Assembly (NCBI GenBank): GCA_951406725.2
Contig: OX597816.1
Location: forward strand, 36,704,001-36,768,000
Direction of reading: 5' to 3'
Source: Octopus vulgaris
Taxonomy: Eukaryota
DNA length: 64,000 bases
Shown here: in pieces, positions 52,634 through 64,000 of the stretch
Layout: the number at the start of each line of letters is the position of its first letter
Position numbering within the stretch: the stretch's first letter is position 1
Translations under genes and position numbers: made by a program
Notes under the pieces: generated by a model
The model's input: only the letters and a program-made list of their open reading frames with translations
Told to the model about the DNA's origin: nothing
The model's database searches: none

Positions 52634-53036
52634 AAGGCTACGAGCTCGCAGAAACGTTAGCACGCCGGGCGATATGATTAGTGGTATTTCGTCAGCCGTT
52701 ACGTTCTGAGTTCAAATTCCTCCCAGGTCGACGTTGCCTTTCATCCTCTCGGGGTCGATAAATTAAGTACCAGTTACGCACTGGGGTCGATGTAATCGAC
52801 TTAATCCGTCAGTCTATCCTTGTTTGTCCTCTCTGTGTTTAGCCCCTTGTGGGTAGTAAAGAAATAGGTATTTCGTCTCCTGATAAGTTGTGAGTTCAAA
52901 TTCCGCCGAGGTCGACTTTGCCTTTCATCCTTTCGGGGTCGATAAACTAATTACTAGTTGCGTGCTGGGGTCGGTCTAATCGACTGGTCCCCTCCCCCAA
53001 TATTTCGGGCCTTGTGCCTTGAGTAGAAAGGATTAT
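52634..53036 (+). mobile_element. Dimeric SINE family B
   Basis: Full monomer 52634-~52870 followed directly by a second unit starting ggtatttcgtc...gagttcaaattccgccgagg with a different tail. Confidence 0.88.
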
Positions 53037-53614
53037 CTAATATATTTTAATACTATCGACTTTTTTTATACTATCTAATATAAATCTTGGAATTTTTAAG
53101 TAACTAGAAGAGAGAACCGGGGTAGCTCAGCTAGATATATCATAAACGCATGTAAATTTTATGGGGTAATTTTCCATGTTTCATATTAGGTTTACAACAT
53201 TTAGTATTAACCATATAAAATAAAACCAGAATGGATTAAGTTCGCTACAATAAAGATTAAAGGTAAAAATGCAGTTATGGAAAGAATAGTTGTTATATTT
53301 TCTAACAGATACTTTATGAAGTAAGAGTGTGTACCCATAATATGATAACGTAGACATTGATAATATTTATAACTAGGTATGTTATTATGGAGGTTATTAT
53401 ATAAACCTAATAATGTGTGTAACTTTCAGAAAATGAACCTTGGATAACCAATTTCTAAGGAAAACTTTAATGGGCGCTACCTCTTTGAAATTCAATCTCA
53501 CATACATAATCATATTCATTCTTTTACTTAGAAGCTGTTCTGCGCAATAACGTCGATCGCTTTATGCTATTGATGCTGTAAATGATCCAGTGTGATTGTC
53601 AGGCGAAATATAAA

Positions 53615-54849
53615 GGAGAGTTGGCTGAAACGTCCATAGCCTGACCAACATACTTTCATGGCATGTGACTAAATGATGTCTATTTTTCAAACTAGTACCC
53701 CTTTCAGTCCACAGGTTTCTTCCATCGGTGTTTCTGTACTTGAATCCCATTGGGGAAGCTTTCACCCTGTTGGTCAAGAGATTTATGAACATCAGATTTT
53801 ACGTCATAATCACAGTCATAATGGTTCTCAGCGAAGTGTTTCGTCATGTTCGGAAACTAACGATAGCAATCACATGCGGCCAAGGATAGGAAATTTGGTC
53901 AACTAGTTCAAAGGCACAGTCGCGCATAGCACAGCAAACGTTGAAACTAAGTGTTGGACCATTGCCCTGATGAAACAGAGTCCTTTTCTTGAGTTTTTTT
54001 GAGCGTTTGTTCTGGATAGCCTTTCGTAAATGCCTCATCAAGTTGGAATAGTACTTTCCATTGATGGTGTGGCCCTTTTGAAGATATTCAATAAACACAA
54101 TGCATTTTGCATCCAAAAAACTGAAGTCATTAACTTCTATACAGTTGAAACGACCTTGGCCTTCTCTGAAGCAAGTAAAGAGGAGTGTTTCCACTGGAGT
54201 GTTTCTTTGTCTGTGGCTGAAACTGATTATCGCAACACTCATCCTAGGTTCGAAAATGTTCAAAGAAACCTTCTGGATCTACCTCAAACAAAGCCAGACT
54301 TTTTCCCCTGATGTGATCAACCTTTAATCGGGAACCAGAAGGCATGGCACCAATAGAGCAGAAATCGTCATCATACTACATTCAATGTGTAGAATATTTT
54401 CAACTGTTTCACGGGATATGCAAATAACATGGCTATTCGATTAATCGCCAATCGCTTGTCATCATGTCGTGAACTCGATCAATGTTTTCCTCTGTTGCGA
54501 CAATTTCAGGATGTCCAGACCTTGGCTTATCTTCAAGACTCTCCATTCCTTTCTAAATTCATCTGTTGATAAAGCTGGAATATCATCCCCTAATATAGCA
54601 ACCCTGTCAGCATGAATGCTGTTGGGGTCTAGGTCCTTTTTCCTGCAGATACTTGATAACACCATGATGCCAAAAGTTTTTGATTTTTAAGAGATGTTGC
54701 TGCTAGTTATGCTTCAACTGTCATATGCCAGCTTAACTAGAAAGAAACAATGCAATTATTAATAGGTGTTGAAATTTATACTTGCAAGATTTCACAGATC
54801 TAGCCTTACTCCTTCATAGTAAAGCTATGGACTTTTCAGCCAACCCTCG
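53615..54849 (-). mobile_element. Full-length decayed mariner transposon (irritans/Himar1-like)
   Basis: TIRs g(g/a)gttggctgaaa(c/a)gtccatagc at both ends, TA at 54850-54851; IVFIEYLQKGHTINGKYY...LFHQGNGP transposase fragments. Confidence 0.9.
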
Positions 54850-56226
54850 TATGTCTCACTTCTTCAGTTTGTGCGTGATCTATTGATACGCTCGCATAAT
54901 GTAATTTGTGCATTGTTTACGTTGTGTGGGCACCCCCGGACGATGAATTATACTAGCCCAATACGTAGATATAGAGGGAGATTGAACCAAACAACAGAGC
55001 AGTATTAGTGGAAATAGAGAAAATGAAAAAAATAGTAGTGACATTCAAAGAAAGGATTAAAGCATGTCAAATATATGTTCGTTATGAAAATTTGGCCAGC
55101 GTCATTGGGCTGGAGGACATAATAGAACATGTAACAGATGGATAAACAAAACGATTAGAAATTGTATAAAAGAACTGTAAAATGAAACTGCGAGCTTTGG
55201 GGGGCTCATCAGCCATTCCATTTCTCCATTACAAATAACTCATTTCATATTGATCATTCATTATATGCACCCTAAATTTTATGCTGTATGTACTTGTAAT
55301 GTCCACTCTATGTTTTCAGGCTATATGCCTATAATAAAGAGATATAGAACAGAGTAGAGTGGAGTAGCGTTGAGTAGTAGAGGCATCCAAGCGTGCGACA
55401 TAACAGTCTACATTTTCGTTAGTAACATAAACTCATTTTAGGGCAAAAATTATAACAGTTGACAGTAATTTTGTGATCAACAAATGTATTTAAGCATTAC
55501 TAGATATACACTTCCGAATGTCCATGTTATTTCAACTTCATCCACTTCTAATTTATTTCCAACAATATTTACATGTGAAATTTAGAAGGAAAGTAATGAA
55601 AAAATGAAAATATAAGCAACATTTTAATAATATGGTATATAATCTATGAAAGAAACGAAAAACTTTTCCCACCAACATTGTTTTTGAATATGCTTAAATA
55701 TAGTTAACATTACACTTCGTCTAAAAACCCTAAGGCATTTGATATCAAAAACAGAAATTATTGTATTAAATATGCCTAACTTTGTTCTTGTAAAATGGAT
55801 TTTTTCCATTATTCTCTCAATGTCCTTTTTTACCTTATAGTCTTTTTTTTTTATTTAAATATGAAGTAGTCAAACTGTCTTAAGATTTGCATTAATACAT
55901 GTATCGCTGATGAACTAAAAAAACATTACAATGTTGCAGGTCTTAGCTTTGATTTTATTATATGATTATTTGGCGTATTTCGTGAATATTTATTTTGCCA
56001 AGAGTCATTATTCATCTGTTTTCACCAGAGGGCTAAAAGTAATTACGTTGTTTTTTTAAATAATGTACACAAAAATTCGCTAACATAATGCATATGCTTG
56101 CCTTATTAGCATTTTTAGCGTTAAGGTGCGCAAAGAAATGTTTTCTCAGCATATATTTAGTACAATATTTCTCTTCGAACATTCCACAGGTAAAATATTT
56201 ACGAAATCATCAATACATACATATAA

Positions 56227-56274
<48 letters not shown>

Positions 56275-57157
56275 GTATGTATGTATATATGTGTGTGTGT
56301 ATACATGCATACCCAGGCACATCCCTCCGTCATTTAGAAGGGGTAGCCACAAGACACATCAGGCATTCCTTATATTTCCCAGCTCAAAGAGGCGAGCCCA
56401 GTTCTAAGATCGGGTCAAGGAATAGAACGTAACCTCCAATATAAGCAACGGGGCCCGACAGCAGATGCTGTTTAACCCACGCCGCATCATGCTAGTTCTC
56501 TACTCCTTTAAGTTACATCAAAATTCACTCATCTGTTCACAAACACTCTGCAAGCTTTCCTATTATTTATAAACTATTTAATATACATGCTATGAAATAG
56601 ATTTTACAAAGGCATACTTCTAACAAAAACTACTTTATAAAGCGGGTTGTATGAATGACTAACTTGTATAGCCACCATGGTTGTTATGGGTTTTGAAAAT
56701 GTTTAGTGTTCTGTTTTGATTTTATTTTTTTTAATCAATGGATGCAGTTGCGAAATTTCTGATTCAAACTACAATGGTATTTTCCACAATATTAAGACGT
56801 TAATTGCTTCCTTTAAGTTTTGTACGCTACTATCCTGTAACTAGTATTGTTTTCTTTATGTTTTAATATAACTGTTATCCATGGACTAATAGTTATAGAA
56901 TATACATTCGTTCTCTCCACTTAAGATTTACGTTTATTTTGTTTGACAATAAGTTGCAACATATATTTGGTTTCATAACAGATTGAAATAGCCATAATCT
57001 TCTTTTCTGTGTATTTGTAACATCAGACCGCTTAACAATGAAAATAATATAAAGGGAATTAAATGCTTCATAACATGTTAGCTATCGAATATAGAATCTC
57101 TTCTCTTAGAATACTACAATTTCATGCGAATCTAGTATACGCACTTACATTCCTGTA

Positions 57158-57266
<109 letters not shown>

Positions 57267-60254
57267 GTGTATACACATATATATATATATACATATATAT
57301 CTGTGTCCGTGTGTGTTTATGTGTCTATGTGTAGGTACACCAATACAGTTATGCACGCACACAATGACACGCACGCGTACGTGTGTATGTATGAGTGTGT
57401 GCGTGTGTGTGTGTGTGTTTGTGTGTGTGTGTATGTGTGTGTGTGTGTGTAGTAATCGGGATATGCTTTACTGAAACTTTTGTGTGGTTTTTCGAATCAA
57501 AACTCCTAAGTGTAGCTCAGCGGAAATCACCACTTCGTAGCAATTTACAAATTACTGATCTGTATCTGTCACCGTAAAATACATGAAAATAATTCTTTAT
57601 AAAAAGCAAGTTACTTCACACTTCTTTCAATTTAAGTGATTATACTTTTGTCCAGGAGCCGATGATTGGTATAAGAAGGTATCGAAAATCCATCATGCGT
57701 TCAGATCCTAATCTATAGCACTGTGTGTGTGTGTGTGTGTGCGTGTATGGGTGTGTATACACATGTATATACGTATATATGTATATGTATATACATATAT
57801 ACATATGTATGTATATGTATATATGTATATCTGTGTGTATGTGTGTGTGTGTACACACATATATATACATACATCCAACTTTGTGGATTGGAGGTGATAT
57901 CTAAATCAATCTACATCCGTCACAACTTTGTATGAAGGCATGGCTGTTTCTTTCGACATTGTCATCATTTCTTTTGTCCTTAGGCTTTATCAAGAAACAT
58001 ATGTTTGTGGCAGAAACATTTGTATTCAATATACACCATCTCTTAAATGTATTATGAATAGTTTGTTAACGAACGTGTTGAGATAAAAGCCAAATAATTA
58101 CTTAAATCATGTATCTGAAAACATTTAGGGAACGGAAGAATGTCATTGCACATGATGATAACTTTCAGGGTCTCCAAGACAGATTGGGGGCGGGGAGAAT
58201 GCTATGTATGCAACAGACAGCTATTCTTAACGTTTGCAACTCAATGGACTTTGATAAAATCATGGAGGTTTGTAATTTTCAGGAAATTTTAAGAATAACA
58301 ACAGAACATTTATTCTAGAAAACCTGATAATAAAAGAAATGAAAACTGTATTGAGAAAATAGATTTTTCTGATAGTAATTCAACCAATGATGAAACATTT
58401 TCTTCCTGATGTTTACGTAGAAAAAATAATTGAATGTTTCAAAGTAAGAATTTGGTGCAAAGATAGATAACTACAGCTGTAGTAAAAATTCTAAAGATTT
58501 TTTTATATCAAAAATGTAATTTAAAAAAAAAAAGAACAGATAAAATCAATAGTTTGTAAAGGAATGGTGATTCGGCAAATAGAGAAGAAAGAAGGTTTAA
58601 AACCAACAAAAAATGTGTAACGCAAATTAAACTTAGGTGTTGGCAGATCATAGAATGTTTAAGTAGAAGGGTTGCTGAAGGATTGCTTAGATATTATTTC
58701 TACTGAAATAATCTTGGTAAAAATGGAAGCCGAATACAGGTATTTGAGTGTATCATCTAGTTATATCGAAGGCGTATATGTGTGTAAGTGCTTGTGATTT
58801 TATAGCGGTGTATAAGTGCATATTTTTATAAGAGAATGTTTGTGCGGTATATTAATACAGTCTAAATAAAGAATAATCAAATAATTAACTGAATCGCTGC
58901 CTCAATTTCCAGATTCGAAACTTTTAAATATGACTATTTAAAAATAACCGATTAATACTGATCATTTAAGACGTGTGTCACTCTGAGACAAATCCACTTT
59001 GACAACAAGTAAATTATCTTTTTCTACATATTGAGAGGTGGAGTGAACAACTGTTATGTCTAGCGTACGTGTGTCCACCACCGAGAATGAACACAAAGAG
59101 TTCAGAACCGTGGTCTCATGGCTGGAAGATAGTAGGGATTCATTATTTGAATATATATATATCGGGTGCAGATTGCAAGGAATAACGAGATGGTAGAGTG
59201 TCCTCCTGGGGTTAAAAAACAGTAATATCAGCTCCTACGGAACAACCGTGTTTAAGTGGCGATAAGGGATTTTCATAAATAATAAATTATTCGAATATAT
59301 TGCTTATTAAGAAAATTAATTGTAATTTTAACGGAATATAAATATAACAAAAAATAAAAATAATATAGATATGACAAAATTATAACAAATTCCTAGCATA
59401 AATAAAACGAGCTAACTACAAACGACACTAAATGGCTACCACTTTGGAAAAAATTAATTATTGAATAAGCAATTATAGAAAGAATTTAACCGCATATTTT
59501 AACCAAACTATTATTAAATTCCTAAAACATACAAACTCCTCAAACAAGAATATCGTAATAAAACTAATTCTCATTGAAAATATCTAAATTTCACGTCTTG
59601 CAAAGAAATTAACAAAGCCACAGTTGTTGAAACAGCGGAAGTCGATAACAACTTTATAACACAGGTCATATAGTACAGAGTAATATATAACAGTTAAATA
59701 ACAATTTAAATTACTTTCAATTAAAAATAACCACTCCTTGAATTTCTACTCACTTGCAAAATAGAGATCGTTCACTATTTTTTCCTTAAGCAACAATTAA
59801 AACATTTAACTAACTATTTTTTAACGTAAACTTGTTTTTTTTATTCAAATATATATTTTTTATGTATCCCAAAACATTCCTGCCTCATTATCTTACCGTA
59901 TCTAATAACTTGACTGGATAACACCTTATCGCCTATCCTAGGAGGAATTCCATTTTATACCCAGGGCAACGATGCAATTAAAATTACCAGTTTTACTTTT
60001 AGCCAAAAACATTTTAACCACATTCACATCTGAATAGTTGACTTCACCCATAAAATCACGCACACACACATACGTCATAATTTGGGAAAATGAAGTTAGG
60101 TAGGCAGGCAGGCACGCATACTTGAATCTGTGAATGGAGGTGCATGAGTGTGTATGTGTGTGTGTGTTCGGGTTCATATGTATGTGTGTAACTATGTATG
60201 GATTGATGGGTGGACGGACATGTGTATGCATATATATATATATATATATACATA

Positions 60255-60377
60255 GGTACAGGAGTGGTTGTGTGGTAAATAGCTTGCTTACCAACTACAT
60301 GGTTCCAGGTTCAGTCCCACTGCGTGGCACCTTGGGCAAGTATCTACTACTGTAGCCTCAGGCCGACCAAAGCCTTC

Positions 60378-60429
<52 letters not shown>

Positions 60430-60646
60430 TGTTTGTATTTGTGTGTCTGTGTTTGTCCCCGCCAACATCGCTTGACAACCGATTTTGATGTGTTTACGTC
60501 CCCGTAACTTAGCGGTACGGCAAAAGAGACCGATGGAATAAGTACTAGGCTTACAGAGAATAAGTTCTAGGGTCTATTTGCTCGACTAAAGTCGGTGCTC
60601 CAGCATGGCTGCAGTCAAGTGACTGAAACAAGTAAAAGAGTAAAAG

Positions 60647-60648
<2 letters not shown>
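60255..60648 (+). mobile_element. SINE family A with internal TA/TG microsatellite
   Basis: ggagtggttgtgtggtaaatagcttgc...ggttcagtcccactgcgtggcaccttgggcaag head; cccgtaacttagcgg...gactgaaacaagtaaaagag tail. Confidence 0.88.
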
Positions 60649-60697
<49 letters not shown>

Positions 60698-60791
60698 GTA
60701 GAAAATAATAAAAAGGAATTTTGTAAAATCTTCGTTCAGTTCCATTTCTTCCCTCACTAAATATATAAAACTTCAAATTTCCGCACTAAGG

Positions 60792-60829
60792 CACGGTTTT
60801 GAGACCCCATGGTCGTAACCTCAACCGTG
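60792..60829 (+). ncRNA. Eroded hammerhead-like motif in a TA-embedded insert (~60698-60918)
   Basis: CACGGTT ttga GACC ccat GGTC gtaacctc AACCGTG: perfect stems I and II, core degenerate. Confidence 0.4.
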
Positions 60830-60915
60830 ATTTTTCTGTTGTGATTTTTGCTACCCAGGTATCGGTTATAATTTGAGTAATCCGTAACAAGATAATTCAT
60901 TTATCCATTTCAATA

Positions 60916-61138
<223 letters not shown>

Positions 61139-62057
61139 CGAAGGAGATAAAGCGAAATACAGATGGAAATCGATAGATGCTTCGTAGGTGTAATATTGGC
61201 TTCAGTGTTTGACATTAGGTCACCAAGTTTGGCTTCATGCCAGAAATTTCGGTAGCAGAGTAAGTCCATTACATCCATACAAGACAGACGAAAAACCGTC
61301 AAGCATTTTTCTCAGCGTGCTAGCGACTTAATCATTTTGCCGCTCGTCGTAAACGTAATATTAATGAATCTTATGCGACTAAGTTTTGCTGAGCTGTCGC
61401 ACAAATATGAAATATTCATGAGGATGAGTGGATAACTTAATATAAAATCATCTGATATGTGCAACGTAACAAAAATTTCGTTGTATGCACATTGAGAAAA
61501 TATATGCATCGTATATATTCTTCGGCAATGTGACTTGACTTATTGCTAAAGATCTGTTACCTTAAACAAATGACCTTTGTCAGCAGCAAATCCATATTAC
61601 TAGTAAGACGAGTATTTATGATTACAGGTTTAAAGCAAATGTTAGAATATATATTTAACGTTTTGATATTTAACTAACTTGCTGGAAGTATCGATAAATT
61701 TGGAAAGTTTGATAACCAGCAGCTGTAGAGTAGAGTGAATACTTTATTTGCACCTGGCCATAACGCCTCATCTTCTAGAATACGATGTATTGAATACAGT
61801 TAAAAATACCAAATGCTGTTTTCAGTAATCGCACATTGTATTATTTATCTTACTGTTGTTATTCCTTTTTGTGATACTTTGATTGTCTCTTTTCAATGTT
61901 TATATGCTGCTTATATATAAGACTTGTATAAATATGTTGGAACATTTTTACTGAAATATTCTTAACTTCTTGTGGTGTTGTAGCCACACAGGAAAATAGT
62001 CAGCTATCTACCATGTTTGAATATATATTTATGAATATGTACACTACGTTTCAAATA

Positions 62058-63275
62058 TCAGGTCATTCCATAAATAATGTCCAAAATATAATATATGTAA
62101 TTTCTATCAATTTTTACTGTATTTTAAAAGTCAAATGGTATTGATTGATACGTATATGAATTTGGAAACCTTTAATTTTAATATAAATTCTTTTTACAGA
62201 ATGCCCTGACAAATTAATTAATGTTCACTCTTCAAAGATAGTCATCTCGAAGGAACATTTAAGGTACGAGATGCTTTATGAGTTCAAAAAGAGAAACACC
62301 GCCGTAGAAGCAAACCGAAACATCCATTCTGTTTCTGGGGAAGAGTGCTTGAAAGAAAGAAGTTACAGAAGATGATTTGAAAGGTCAAAAATGCTAATTT
62401 CAGCTTAAGAGAGAGAGGCCATGAATAGGACGATCTGTTGAATTTGATAATGAGATTCTTCTGTCAGATCTTGAGAGGGATAATGCTGTGTCACTTGAAG
62501 AATTGGCAAACAGGCTCAATTCTAGCCATTCAACTGTTCACCGCCATATTCAGCAGCTTGGAAATGTGCCTAAACTCAAAAAAAGGATTCCTCACGATTT
62601 GACAAAAGCCAATCGAAAATTATGAGTGGGTATCTGCATATCTCTTCACTGTTGTGAACGTATCTCACCCTTTTTAGACAGATTAGTGGCTGGTGAGGAA
62701 AAACTAATTTTTCAAGAAAGATTTAATCAATGGCTTAGTTGTGGAGAACAGGCTAAATCACAACCCAAAACGAACGCCCATGAAAATAAGTTTCTTACGT
62801 TTGATGGGATTGCATTGCTTGTCATCCACTTTGAGTTGCTACCAACTAAGGCGGCAATTAATGCTCATAGCAATTGCCAACAATTAGAGTGTTTGAATGC
62901 TCTTTAAAGAAAATATGTCTGCTTTGGCGAATTGAAAGGGTATGTTGTATCATCACGATATTGCAAGGACCCGCATTGCAAACATAACCTCAGGAAAAAC
63001 CGAAGAACTGGATAACGCTCCTTCTGATTATCATTTGTTTCAAAGCTTACAGAATCATTTAGATGGATTAGTATTCAAAAGCCCCAATGAGGTCGAAACT
63101 TCCTCTCGTCAAAATCAAAAGAGTTTTTTCACCAATGGAATAAGAAAACTGATGAGTAGATAATAGTAACTCATCGATAATGATGGTAATTGTGTACAGT
63201 TTTCAATTTTAATAAAATGTAAAATTAGATCACTTTCTCTTCTTACCTCAAATTCAGACATGACTTATGACCTGG
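62058..63275 (+). mobile_element. Full-length decayed mariner transposon
   Basis: TIR-like ends ta-tcaggtcattccataaataatgtcc / gacatgacttatgacctgg-ta; KEHLRYEMLYEFKK, LDRLVAGEEK, YHHDIAR, APSDYHLFQSLQNHL. Confidence 0.88.
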
Positions 63276-63429
63276 TATATTGAGTTTTTATTCTCTTGAA
63301 CGACCAATGCAGACTATCTTACACGCACAGGTATATACACATTTCTATCCCTCTTTCAGATACATATGTGTGCGTGTGTCTGTGTCTGTATATCTGTCTG
63401 TCTATGTCTCTCTGTGTCAGTGTATTCAT

Positions 63430-63990
63430 TTAATTCTATAATTGTGCTCAACCCGATAGCTGTGGCATTGCAGTGACACCGCCAGTATTATCACATTTTC
63501 CATAGTTATTTTTTGCGAATGGCTTATTGATGGGGAAGGAAGTTTAATATTGTTGCCTTCGTTTTTGTTTCTTGCTGGGAATCTAGCTGGCCATTTGCTT
63601 GCACATTTCCACTACCTCAATTATCAGTATATGAAACGAGCCGCCGTTGCTCATACCAATATCCTGAACACGCATTGTGTTTGATGCCGCTCCATTTGAT
63701 CCAAAATGTCTTTATTGCAGCATATTAGCACAAGACACCTGAAATCGGAGGGCTTGGGATCTTCCTGTATCAAATTACATTCTGCTTTGTTCAACCCATT
63801 TATATATGGCATATTGGCTTTTCTGTAGAAGATCAGCATTGAAAGATTCCTTGACTGGTTGTATTACTCTTGTATCATCAGCATAGCTAGTAAGCGTGGC
63901 TGTTGGTGAAACAGATGGAAGGTCCAAGAGATATAACATGAACAGCAGTGACCCCAAAACAGTTCCCTGCGGCACTCTATTTCTTATTAC
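63430..63990 (-). mobile_element. CR1-group LINE RT fragment
   Basis: VPQGTVLGSLLFMLYLLDL...SYADDT (ORF 63775-63996), then stops. Confidence 0.85.
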
Positions 63991-64000
63991 ACACATATAT

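Noticed and set aside
54930-55235. Two extremely decayed hammerhead-like remnants
   Set aside because: Too many core and stem deviations to support

Overview
AT-rich, repeat-dense eukaryotic (animal) genomic DNA. Composition and the tRNA-derived SINE families point to an octopod/coleoid cephalopod (inference), probably a large intron or intergenic region. No intact protein-coding gene is supportable: nearly all listed ORFs are microsatellite artefacts (TA, CA, GATA, TAG, GAA, TTA) or transposon fragments. Recognisable elements are a 5'-truncated Penelope-like retroelement (RT with YIDD plus GIY-YIG endonuclease, inverted pLTR and partial tandem tail), two pieces of one Tx1/L1-like LINE (one inside a (GATA)n array), RTE, R4/Dong, HERO and CR1-like LINE relics, two decayed mariner transposons, a MITE, a ~1.2 kb foldback element and many SINEs. 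The most notable signal is about a dozen type I hammerhead-ribozyme motifs from several unrelated small repeat families. Some have intact catalytic cores, including a long-stem-II ribozyme inside a ~740 bp retrozyme-like unit and a compensatory U3-A8 core variant. Boundaries of decayed elements are approximate (read by eye).
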